Shown here in pieces: positions 54,247 through 62,846 of a stretch of DNA of 64,000 bases; position 1 is the stretch's first letter; each line of letters starts with the position of its first letter. A program made the translations under genes and the position numbers. The notes under the pieces were generated by a model. The model searched no databases. It saw only the letters and a program-made list of their open reading frames with translations, and was not told the origin of the DNA. Origin of the DNA: Nanobdellota archaeon (lineage in GTDB: Archaea; Nanobdellota; Nanobdellia; Woesearchaeales; GW2011-AR4); contig JBBSWH010000004.1 of the NCBI GenBank assembly GCA_038046385.1, forward strand, positions 9,291 to 73,290, in the 5' to 3' direction.

Positions 54247-55527
54247 ATGATGGATTTTATTAAAAAAATCTTCCAAAAGGAAGAAGAACCGCAAGAAAAG
54301 CAGTTGATTAACCTTCAGCTTGCAGAACTGGAAGCCTGGCTCAATGAGCGCTCAAAACCATTGATGGAAGAGGCAATGCAGCATGCAAAAGATATTTTTA
54401 TGAAAGTTGATGAAGAGCTGCAGAGAACAAGGTTCAACATAGAAGTGCTGGAAAATGCAAGCCTGCAGAATCCAAACATACCATTCAAAGCAAAGCAGTA
54501 CATGGAAGGCAACAGAAAAGCGTACATAAAGGCAATAAACTCTTTCCTTGGCAGGATGGAAGTTAACAACAGGGATTATTACTATCTTCTTGAGTTCTGC
54601 AAAGAATTTGAAAAGCTCATAGAAGAGCTTAACACAGGCACATTGAGGAGCTATATGATTCTTCAAGAATTTTTTGCAAATGAATCCGGCAAAATAGCCA
54701 AAAACCTGAAAAATTTTGACCTTCTTTTTAAGGAGCTGAAAATGGAGCTTAGCAACGAAAAGCTGGTCTTAGTAAAAAAGCTTGTAGAGCAGGCGCAGCT
54801 TCTGAACAGCAAAGCCAAGCAGGGGCTTAACCTTAGGCTTGATGTAAAAAACGCCAGTGCAGGGCTGGAAATTGCAGAGAGGGAAAAGAACGGCATACTT
54901 GCAGAAATAGAAAGATTCAGCAAGAGCCAGGAACATGAAAACTTCCTGAAGCTTAGCGAGGAAAAAAAATCAAAAATGAGCTCTTCCTACAGCGATGAAG
55001 ACCAGATAATTCAGTATTTTTCCATGCTTGAAAGGCCGCTAAGAAAATACTCGCATACTGTTTTTGAGCACGAAGAGATGGTGTTAGGATACTTAAAAGA
55101 CCCAATAAGTGCGCTTTCAAATGACAAGGATCTCAAAATAGCAGAAGCGCTGAAAAATCTTGAAGGCATGCTGAATGAAAACAAAATCCAAGTTGATGAA
55201 AAGAAAAAAGAGAAATCCTTTGAAGCAATAAAAAAAATGGACATGGTTTTCCTTAAAGGTTTTTCAGATAGATATTCTTCGTTCAAGTCTGAGATGAAGG
55301 AGATAGACCATAAGATAGTTTCTTCAGGAGTTGCTGACCGATTCAGGCAGCTAAATGACAATCTTGAAAGCGCAAATCTTAGGATAGAAAGAATGAACAT
55401 AGAACACGGTAAGATAAGCATTGATGCAGAAAAAACCCTTTCAAATATTGAATCCTTGAAAAAGGGAATAGAATCTTCTATAAAATCTGTTTTTGATATA
55501 AATCTCTCGATAGTAATGCAGATATGA
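54247..55527 (+). CDS. Hypothetical coiled-coil protein
   Basis: 426 aa, heptad-rich and E/K/L-rich throughout. No catalytic motif. Confidence 0.5.
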   Translation: MMDFIKKIFQKEEEPQEKQLINLQLAELEAWLNERSKPLMEEAMQHAKDIFMKVDEELQRTRFNIEVLENASLQNPNIPFKAKQYMEGNRKAYIKAINSFLGRMEVNNRDYYYLLEFCKEFEKLIEELNTGTLRSYMILQEFFANESGKIAKNLKNFDLLFKELKMELSNEKLVLVKKLVEQAQLLNSKAKQGLNLRLDVKNASAGLEIAEREKNGILAEIERFSKSQEHENFLKLSEEKKSKMSSSYSDEDQIIQYFSMLERPLRKYSHTVFEHEEMVLGYLKDPISALSNDKDLKIAEALKNLEGMLNENKIQVDEKKKEKSFEAIKKMDMVFLKGFSDRYSSFKSEMKEIDHKIVSSGVADRFRQLNDNLESANLRIERMNIEHGKISIDAEKTLSNIESLKKGIESSIKSVFDINLSIVMQI

Positions 55528-55574
55528 GCGAAAAGAATAAATAAAGGAGATATTTCTCAAAGTATGGTGATTTT

Positions 55575-56246
55575 TTGAAAAAGATATTATTTTTTCTGAT
55601 GGCAGTATTTATTGTAGCCTGCGCCCCTGGAAAGGATTTTGAGCAGGGTGTTTTAAATCTGAATGAGATAAACTCAAAATACGGAACAACAATGGAAACT
55701 TACCCTGACACCGTGGAAAAAATGTCAGCCATGATTGATGAGATGTCAAAACTGAAATCTTCTGGTTTAAACGCAGGCAGTAAGCCATTTAGCTATGTCT
55801 TGAATTACAGGATTTTGAACCTTGAAGCTGAAAAATTGTATTCTGAAAGCCAGAAGTATGGCACTGTAGGGAGCACTGCGTCAGGTTTTTCATGTAAGCC
55901 AAGGCCGCTGATACTTGAATCTGCTGACTTAAGGCAAAAATCTGCATTGAAGGCTTTTGAGGCCGTTGACGTTATCAGAAAAATCGTCAATGAATACCCT
56001 AAAGAAGCTTCTTCGCTTGGTTTTTCAGAAAAAAACGCATTGTTCCTCAACGCAACGTTTTATGAAATAGAAAAGCAGGCAAAAAAAGATATTAGCTTAA
56101 TGAACAATCTCTGCACTGAAAACAAAACATTGGAATTTTACAGGCAGGAATTCAAAAGCAAAAAGCTAATGAGTAATGAGGAAATAGAAAAAATTACTTA
56201 CAGCGATGCAGTTATAGCATGGAAAAAAGAAAGAGGTTACAACTAA
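55575..56246 (+). CDS. Hypothetical lipoprotein
   Basis: 223 aa, TTG start, lipobox-like MKKILFFLMAVFIVACAPG. Confidence 0.5.
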   Translation: MKKILFFLMAVFIVACAPGKDFEQGVLNLNEINSKYGTTMETYPDTVEKMSAMIDEMSKLKSSGLNAGSKPFSYVLNYRILNLEAEKLYSESQKYGTVGSTASGFSCKPRPLILESADLRQKSALKAFEAVDVIRKIVNEYPKEASSLGFSEKNALFLNATFYEIEKQAKKDISLMNNLCTENKTLEFYRQEFKSKKLMSNEEIEKITYSDAVIAWKKERGYN

Positions 56247-56247
56247 A

Positions 56248-56670
56248 ATGGAATTAAAAATGCCAAGCAGTGTGGAAGATTGTGTGTATTTTACAAACAG
56301 AACGATAGGCTCCGGAAGGGCAATAGCCTGGGCCTTCAGGAAAGAGTGTCCTAAGTGCAAAAAAGGAGCCGTTGGAAAGCCTATGAAGAAAAACGGCAAG
56401 ATAGACAAAAAAGCAGAAATCTGCAAGTGCAATTCCTGCGGGTATGAAGAGCCAACCGAACAGGCAGAGTCCGGGCTTGTGCTTAACGTGGATTACAAGT
56501 GCCCTCACTGCGGCAACGAAGGCCAGACAACAACAGAATACAAAAGAAAGACCTTTGAAGGAGTCCCATCATATATCTTTGAGTGCACCAAGTGCAAAAA
56601 AAAGATAGGCATCACAAAGAAGCTGAAGGAGCCTAAGAAAAAGAAAATTGCTGATGCAGTGGAAGAATAA
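56248..56670 (+). CDS. Hypothetical double zinc-ribbon protein
   Basis: 140 aa with four CxxC pairs (CPKCKK, CNSCGY, CPHCGN, CTKCKK) and a basic tail. Confidence 0.5.
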   Translation: MELKMPSSVEDCVYFTNRTIGSGRAIAWAFRKECPKCKKGAVGKPMKKNGKIDKKAEICKCNSCGYEEPTEQAESGLVLNVDYKCPHCGNEGQTTTEYKRKTFEGVPSYIFECTKCKKKIGITKKLKEPKKKKIADAVEE

Positions 56671-56718
56671 ATCATCTACAAGCAAAACATCGCAATTTTA
56701 ACATTTTATTAATAATTC

Positions 56719-57831
56719 CTAAAACTGAATAAAAACACCAAGAACCATATTCATTATCTTCTGGGCAATCATATATATCAGGAAAGAAACTGCCATAAAT
56801 ATAGGTATATACTTAATTCCAGATTTTACATTTCCTTTCTTTATTACCGATATCATCAGCGCAGAAAAAAATGCCGACAGTCCAAGAGAAACATATCCGA
56901 ATATTGTGAAATCTCCTATTGAAACTCCTGAGCCGGAAAAGCTTATCGGAACTCCGACACTGGAAGCTGAATCAAGATTCCCCCCTAAAGATGAGCTTAT
57001 TCCCTGCACCACATTTATCAATACTCCTGAAAGCGCAAAAAGAAACGGTGCAGCAACTATTGTTGAAAATGTTATGAATATTACATAAGTTGTGACATTA
57101 GCAGACATCTCTTTCATTAATGCCTTCTGCTGCTGTATGTCATCGGCAATCCTGTTAAGAAGCTCCCCTATTTTTCCCCCTGCCTCCAATCCTTCATTTA
57201 TCATGTTCACTGTTCTTTTAAGCGTGACTGAATCGTATCTTGCCGCAAATCTCTCTAGAGCCGTTTTTAAATCAACGCCAGCCATTGTTTCTTTCGCAAT
57301 CATCTCTATTTCTTTTGCAAGCACACCGAACCTAGGCCTTACTGCATACCACAGTGCCCTGTCAATCGGCATTCCTGCGTTTATGTTTGAAGCTGCAAGC
57401 TGCAGAAAATCCGGCAGAACTTCTTCAACATCTGTTTTTCTTTTGAAAATTCTGTAGTCGACCAGAATATAGAACCCAATCCAGATTGCAAACCACAGAA
57501 ATAGAAATACAAAAACCCAAACCAGTAGCATCCATGCTGCAATCTTTGACCAGGTTATGCCATAATTCGATGATAAGAAGTACACAAGATAAAGAGAAAT
57601 CGCAAGATTAATTCCTATTGCCGCATTAAAGAATATCTTTGATAGTTCTTTTGTGTTTATGTCAAATCCGGCTCTTTCTATGCTGCTTTTTAGCCTTTGC
57701 TTTTTCTCCTGTGCCTTCAGTTTTTTGTCCTCAGACTTCTTGGCATCCTGATTTTCATTATCTTTCTTTTCCTGATTTTGTTTGTGATTATTCTCTTTTT
57801 CATGCTTCCTGAAAAAAAATTTGAAGTCCAT
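56719..57831 (-). CDS. Type II/IV secretion system F-domain membrane protein (TadC/FlaJ-like)
   Basis: 370 aa. Basic/acidic N-terminal tail, TM helices, and the cytoplasmic block PDFLQLAASNINAGMPIDRALWY typical of T2SSF. Confidence 0.7.
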   Translation of the reverse strand: MDFKFFFRKHEKENNHKQNQEKKDNENQDAKKSEDKKLKAQEKKQRLKSSIERAGFDINTKELSKIFFNAAIGINLAISLYLVYFLSSNYGITWSKIAAWMLLVWVFVFLFLWFAIWIGFYILVDYRIFKRKTDVEEVLPDFLQLAASNINAGMPIDRALWYAVRPRFGVLAKEIEMIAKETMAGVDLKTALERFAARYDSVTLKRTVNMINEGLEAGGKIGELLNRIADDIQQQKALMKEMSANVTTYVIFITFSTIVAAPFLFALSGVLINVVQGISSSLGGNLDSASSVGVPISFSGSGVSIGDFTIFGYVSLGLSAFFSALMISVIKKGNVKSGIKYIPIFMAVSFLIYMIAQKIMNMVLGVFIQF

Positions 57832-57832
57832 T

Positions 57833-58657
57833 TTAGAATTCTGCAGCGGGCCTTGAAAATTTCACAAGTGAGATGAACATAATCTGCACAATTGCAAGCG
57901 CTCCTGCAAGCACCATCAATATTGTAAGGCTTAGCTCAAACTTGATAAATGAAGATAATATTATCAGCATAGTAACGCCAAGAGACGGAAGTATTACTGC
58001 AACCATCATGTAAAACATTGCTAATGGATTCAGTTTTTTGCCGTATTTGTTTATTTCTGTTATCTGGTCTTTAGTTATGTTTTCTATGACAGAATACAAT
58101 GACTTGGCTATGTCTGATCCGGTTCTTATGGAATTGATTATCTGCCACAGTATTCTCCTTAAGTCGTTTGACGGAACAAACTCTACTGCATCATTGAGCG
58201 CATCTTCCATGCTTGTTCCAAGATCAATCTTGTCAACCACTTCTTTGAAGTATTTTCCAGTCACTCCAAAATTCTTTGACACGTTTGTCATCGCATTGTA
58301 CAGCGGAACTCCCGATTCAAGCTCTATAATTATGAACCTGCCGACAAAAACTATCTCCTTTGCCACTTCTTTCTCTTTCTTGAGTATCTTTGAATCAGGG
58401 AGCTTGAGCATATATGAGAACATGACAAAAAATATTATTGGAAAAAACAGCAGGAATACTGGCTTGAAAATGCCTATTTTTGCGATGAGGAGGAAAATTG
58501 CAGTGAGCAATCCAATCGTCATGTACACTGCAGAAACAAATGTTTTCTTTATGAAATCTTCAGGCTTGTCGGCCATGCCTGCCTGCTTGAGCTTGAGCTT
58601 TAGCGCAGGGAAAAACTTGGACATCCTCTGAAAAAGTATCCCTGTTTTTCTTTCCAT
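57833..58657 (-). CDS. Type II/IV secretion system F-domain membrane protein (TadB/FlaJ-like)
   Basis: 274 aa. The GVPLYNAMTNVS... block has T2SSF domain topology. Adjacent to the second F-domain gene and the ATPase. Confidence 0.65.
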   Translation of the reverse strand: MERKTGILFQRMSKFFPALKLKLKQAGMADKPEDFIKKTFVSAVYMTIGLLTAIFLLIAKIGIFKPVFLLFFPIIFFVMFSYMLKLPDSKILKKEKEVAKEIVFVGRFIIIELESGVPLYNAMTNVSKNFGVTGKYFKEVVDKIDLGTSMEDALNDAVEFVPSNDLRRILWQIINSIRTGSDIAKSLYSVIENITKDQITEINKYGKKLNPLAMFYMMVAVILPSLGVTMLIILSSFIKFELSLTILMVLAGALAIVQIMFISLVKFSRPAAEF

Positions 58658-58661
58658 TGAA

Positions 58662-60305
58662 TTAAGCCTCTAGCATCTTATTCTTTTTAACGTGGCTCAT
58701 CAGGTTTTCCTTGTCGGTGTAATATTCTGCCATGACCCTTCCGACCCCGTCTACTGTATTTATGTTATTTTTCACAAGCCACTTAAGGACATTTTCCTTG
58801 TCAATTAATGCTCTCTTGATCTCATTCCTTGTCAGGCCTGTAAAAAGCTCAATTGTTTTCATTAGTGCTTTTGATTCAGACACTTTTCTGAATTTGTTTG
58901 CCTTGATGTCCAGCTGGATGAGCACATTTGGCTCTGCATTTGGGAGTATTTCTGCAATCTGGAATGTCTTTCTTGCGCCAGTTCTCCTGTTCCTGTACTG
59001 GACAATAATCATAGAAATGGCAGGCAGCATCAGTTTTGGAATCTCTATTGGCGCATTTGTCAGCCTTGTAACAACTTCGTATGCGTCATTTGCGTGGACA
59101 GTCGCATAAACTGAATGCCCGGTGTGGATTGCCTCAAAAAGTACCTCTGCTTCCCTTTTCCTTCTTATCTCTCCGACAAGAATTCTGTCAGGCCTCATTC
59201 TTAATGAATTTACCAGGAGATCAAGCATTGCCACCTCTCCCTTTCCTTCAGGATTTGGAAGCCTTGTAATCATAGGAACCCAGTGCAGAAACTTTGGCAG
59301 CTGGATTTCTCTTGTGTCTTCTATGCTTATTATTCTCTGGTTAGGCGGAAAGAAATTTGCAACAACATTAAGCATTGACGTTTTTCCAGATGCTGTGCCT
59401 CCCGCTATAAGTGTGGAAAGCTCATACTGCACGCCAAGCCATATAAGCGCAGCAGCTTCTATCGATATTGTATTGTCTTTGATGAAATCCGTTATTGTCC
59501 AGGGCTTTGCCGCAAATTTTCTAAGGGTTATTGTGTTTCCTTTGACTGATATCGGCTCAAGAGTTGCATTGACCCTGTCTCCGCCTTTCAGGTGCGCGTC
59601 CATCAGCGGCTCAAGTATTGTAAGCTGTCTTCCGACTTTTCTTCCAATCATTGTTGCATAATGCCTTATCTGGTCTTCGCTGGACAGCATGATATTTGTC
59701 TTCAGCCATCCATGTTTCTTGTGATAAACCCAAACCGGCTCCTCTGCGTCATTTACTGCAATCTCTTCGAGCTTTTCATCGTCCATCAGAATTTCAATGC
59801 TTCCGAGGCCAAGGCTTCTTTGTATAAGGTAAGATGTCAGAAAACTTGCAGTTTTTTCGTCTGCATCAGGAAAATGCTTGGATATCAAATGAGTTATCGT
59901 GTCTGTGAATCTCTGCTCTATTATACCGGTGTCTTTTGTTGAAAGAATATCCACCATTCCGAGATTAACCTGTGTCGTTAATTCTTCCCTTATCTTTTCA
60001 AGGATTATTTCTGTATTCTTGCTTATGCTGGATATTGAGACATTATAAAGCGGGATAAACTCTCCTTTTTTCTTGTGTATGGTTATTGTTATCGGTATTG
60101 ATTCAGAAACAAAGTCGTATGTTGAAAGAATATCCTCTTTTTTTATTTCAGAATGCTGGATTTTGTCTTCTGAAGGAATGATTGGCTGGTGCTTATCTAT
60201 TATTTTTTGCAGTGCTGCGGAAACCTGATCCTGCATGCTTAATTTACCAGTATGTTTATCAGAATGCTTGCTAGCTCCCTTATTTATCTTGAATCTTTCA
60301 AGCAA
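58662..60305 (-). CDS. Type II/IV secretion ATPase (FlaI/PilB/VirB11 family), archaeal type IV pilus-like assembly ATPase
   Basis: 547 aa with Walker A LIAGGTASGKTSMLN, ISIEDTREI, RMRPDRILVGEIR and the His box GHSVYATVHA. Confidence 0.88.
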   Translation of the reverse strand: MLERFKINKGASKHSDKHTGKLSMQDQVSAALQKIIDKHQPIIPSEDKIQHSEIKKEDILSTYDFVSESIPITITIHKKKGEFIPLYNVSISSISKNTEIILEKIREELTTQVNLGMVDILSTKDTGIIEQRFTDTITHLISKHFPDADEKTASFLTSYLIQRSLGLGSIEILMDDEKLEEIAVNDAEEPVWVYHKKHGWLKTNIMLSSEDQIRHYATMIGRKVGRQLTILEPLMDAHLKGGDRVNATLEPISVKGNTITLRKFAAKPWTITDFIKDNTISIEAAALIWLGVQYELSTLIAGGTASGKTSMLNVVANFFPPNQRIISIEDTREIQLPKFLHWVPMITRLPNPEGKGEVAMLDLLVNSLRMRPDRILVGEIRRKREAEVLFEAIHTGHSVYATVHANDAYEVVTRLTNAPIEIPKLMLPAISMIIVQYRNRRTGARKTFQIAEILPNAEPNVLIQLDIKANKFRKVSESKALMKTIELFTGLTRNEIKRALIDKENVLKWLVKNNINTVDGVGRVMAEYYTDKENLMSHVKKNKMLEA

Positions 60306-60332
60306 TGCTTACACCTCTTTTTTTATATAATG

Positions 60333-61478
60333 TCAGATTTTGAAAAATGAAGTAAGCTTCTTAAGTTCATTTTCGAATGTGCTTTTTTTCTTGTCCACTT
60401 CGCTGAACTTTTTTTCAAGGCTTGCCATTTCCTTGCTAACCTCTCTTCCCTTGCTGCTTAACTGGAAGGATTTTGCCTTTTTTATAAGATCCATAAGGCT
60501 TTTTTCTAAATCGTCCCTGTCCTTATTGACCTTTTCCATTAGGCTCATTATCTCTGTTTTTTTGTCAAAAAACTCCTTGATTTTTTTGGATGCATTGCTG
60601 GCTTTGGAGTCATCTTCATTCTTTTTTGCCATTTTTTTGAGGATGCTGTCCTGGAGATCATCAACTTTTTTTTCCTGCTCCTTGCTTTTCTGAATCAGGG
60701 CATCCATATATCCCCTTTCCTCGTCAAATTTTTTCTTTATGTTTTCCATTACATTATTGAGTTTTTCTATGTGGCTCTCAGAATCTTTTATTGATGAATC
60801 TTCCTCTGACATTTTCTTTTCAATATCCGCTATCATTGACTTGAATTCGTTGAGCTTTTGGCCAAGCATCTTCTCACTTTCTGTGATTGATTTTGTCTGG
60901 GCCTTCTCTTTGTCGAGCGATGTTTTTTCCTTCTTTATGCTCTCAAATATCTCTTCATATTTTTTTTGCTCTCTTGTTATGTCTTTTGAGTATTCATCAA
61001 TTCTTAATTTTGCATCTTTTCTTTGCTCCATGAGCTGTTTTTGCAGATCTTGCTTCATCTGGTGGAACTTATCCAATTCCTTCATATCTTCCCTTACTTC
61101 ATCAAGCTCCACCCCTATATCTCCCTTAAAGCTGTTAAAGTCCTCTTTTATCTTCTTAATGTCTTCAGCCTGTTTTTCCAGGAAGCTTAAGTTAACCTCT
61201 GCTTTCCTTACAAAAATGTCTTTTTTGCTTTCAAATTCCTTTGCCTTGGACTCCACTTCCTTCTTGGTTATTTTCTTCTCAACTAAAAACGGCTTTGTCA
61301 GCTTGTACTCTATGCTGATTATACCCTCTTCCTCAAGAAAATCCGACCACTCCTGTATGACTGATTCGCCTACTCCAAGCTCCTTGGCAGCATCGGCAAG
61401 AGCTATTCTGCCTTTATTTTTTATAAGATTGACTAGTTTGTCTACCCCTGTTTCTATTACTCCGCTGTCTATTGGCAT
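60333..61478 (-). CDS. wHTH + long coiled-coil protein at the head of the pilus-like operon
   Basis: 381 aa. N-terminal VDKLVNLIKNKGRIALADAAKELGVGESVIQEWSDFLEEEGIISIEY, followed by an E/K-rich coiled coil. Confidence 0.5.
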   Translation of the reverse strand: MPIDSGVIETGVDKLVNLIKNKGRIALADAAKELGVGESVIQEWSDFLEEEGIISIEYKLTKPFLVEKKITKKEVESKAKEFESKKDIFVRKAEVNLSFLEKQAEDIKKIKEDFNSFKGDIGVELDEVREDMKELDKFHQMKQDLQKQLMEQRKDAKLRIDEYSKDITREQKKYEEIFESIKKEKTSLDKEKAQTKSITESEKMLGQKLNEFKSMIADIEKKMSEEDSSIKDSESHIEKLNNVMENIKKKFDEERGYMDALIQKSKEQEKKVDDLQDSILKKMAKKNEDDSKASNASKKIKEFFDKKTEIMSLMEKVNKDRDDLEKSLMDLIKKAKSFQLSSKGREVSKEMASLEKKFSEVDKKKSTFENELKKLTSFFKI

Positions 61479-61523
61479 GGTAAAATTCTCTTTTTAGTTG
61501 TTTAAAAAGGTTATGTTTTTATT

Positions 61524-61650
61524 GTAAATTCGTGGGTTTGATACCCTGTGCTTTAGCACGAATTTACAATCCCGCAGACTTGCCTATTAATTACGAGGCA
61601 CAATCAAAAACCCGACTTTTAAGTCGGGGATTGTGCCAAGTGGCAAGTCT
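61524..61650. ncRNA. Unassigned structured region upstream of 5S rRNA (11-bp hairpin plus a 76-nt three-tier hairpin)
   Basis: GTAAATTCGTG (61524..61534) / CACGAATTTAC (61557..61567). AGACTTGCC (61576..61584) / GGCAAGTCT (61642..61650), enclosing GGCACAATC/GATTGTGCC (61597..61605 / 61629..61637) and CCCGACT-TTTA-AGTCGGG (61611..61628). Confidence 0.4.
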
Positions 61651-61699
61651 ACGTTATCCCACCGTAACCTTTTTAAAGCGTCATCGTATCCCAATACAT

Positions 61700-61809
<110 letters not shown>

Positions 61810-61816
61810 ACCTTTT

Positions 61817-62623
61817 CTAATTTTTCTGATAATTCTTCAAATCACTTAAACTGTGTATATGGACTTCCTTTTCAGAGCTTAAATGCCCGTTTAGCATTCC
61901 TTTCTGCGCAAGCTCCGGGAATATGTCAAGCTCCAGGCTTGATCCTGAATACTCAAGCATTTGCGGCTCTGTCACAAATATCGGGGAAAACACAAGATAA
62001 ATATCTGATTTTTTTGATTTCTGCGTAAAAGCAAGGACTTTAGTTCCCTCTACTTTTACAGTGCCTTTCTCGCTTGGCTTTGATGATGTTGTCAGCATTA
62101 TTGTTGCCATGGAATTCTGCTTTATATGGTCATTCCAGAGCTCTTCTATGTTTATCTTGTCGAATATGACATCCCCATAAACCACAAGAAAGCTCGTGTT
62201 TATCTTGCCCTTGATGTGCCTGAGCGAATCTGCAGTTCCTCTTGAGGATTTTTCTTCTATGTAAATTACCTTAACGCCATAGTCTGTTCCGTCTTTAACC
62301 ATCTCAAATATTTTTGTTAGGATTTCGTGCCTTGCAACTATAAAAATAGTCTTAAAGCTGCTCTCCCTGAGTTTTTTCAGTGCGAGCTCTATGACACTCT
62401 TGCCTTTAATTTTTGCAGTTGGCCTGTATTCTTCTTTGGATATTCTCAGGTGACCTACATCGCCGCCAAGGAGGATTACTGCAGCTTTGTTCTCTCCGAG
62501 TGAGTTCTTAACAAGATGCTCAATTGCCTGCGATCTGTTTCTTATATACACATTGTCTATGATGGAATCTATCTCCCCCAAAATCTTCTCATTTATCGTT
62601 ATTGATATTTTTGATTTCGACAT
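61817..62623 (-). CDS. Ribbon-helix-helix (CopG-like) domain fused to a sugar-phosphate nucleotidyltransferase domain
   Basis: Track ORF extends to 62695; the start at MSKSKISITINEKILGEIDSII...RNRSQAIEHLVKNSL (62623) is preferred. This is followed by AVILLGGDVGHL...RPTAKIKGKSVIE (NTP-transferase G-rich loop). Confidence 0.65.
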   Translation of the reverse strand: MSKSKISITINEKILGEIDSIIDNVYIRNRSQAIEHLVKNSLGENKAAVILLGGDVGHLRISKEEYRPTAKIKGKSVIELALKKLRESSFKTIFIVARHEILTKIFEMVKDGTDYGVKVIYIEEKSSRGTADSLRHIKGKINTSFLVVYGDVIFDKINIEELWNDHIKQNSMATIMLTTSSKPSEKGTVKVEGTKVLAFTQKSKKSDIYLVFSPIFVTEPQMLEYSGSSLELDIFPELAQKGMLNGHLSSEKEVHIHSLSDLKNYQKN

Positions 62624-62846
62624 TTTATTGGGTTTTTGAATTAAATTGGCTTTTCCGTGCCATTCATGGCACATTCGCCGATAAATGCTTTGCATTTTCG
62701 GTCGTGCTCAAAAATCTTTGATTTTTGACATTTGATGAAACTTTTTCACAAAAAGTTTCCCGCACTCAACTGACGGAACAGTTGACATGGTACGATAAAG
62801 TAGGATAAGGGTAAGATATTTAAATAAGTTTCCGTTCTGGAATGCT

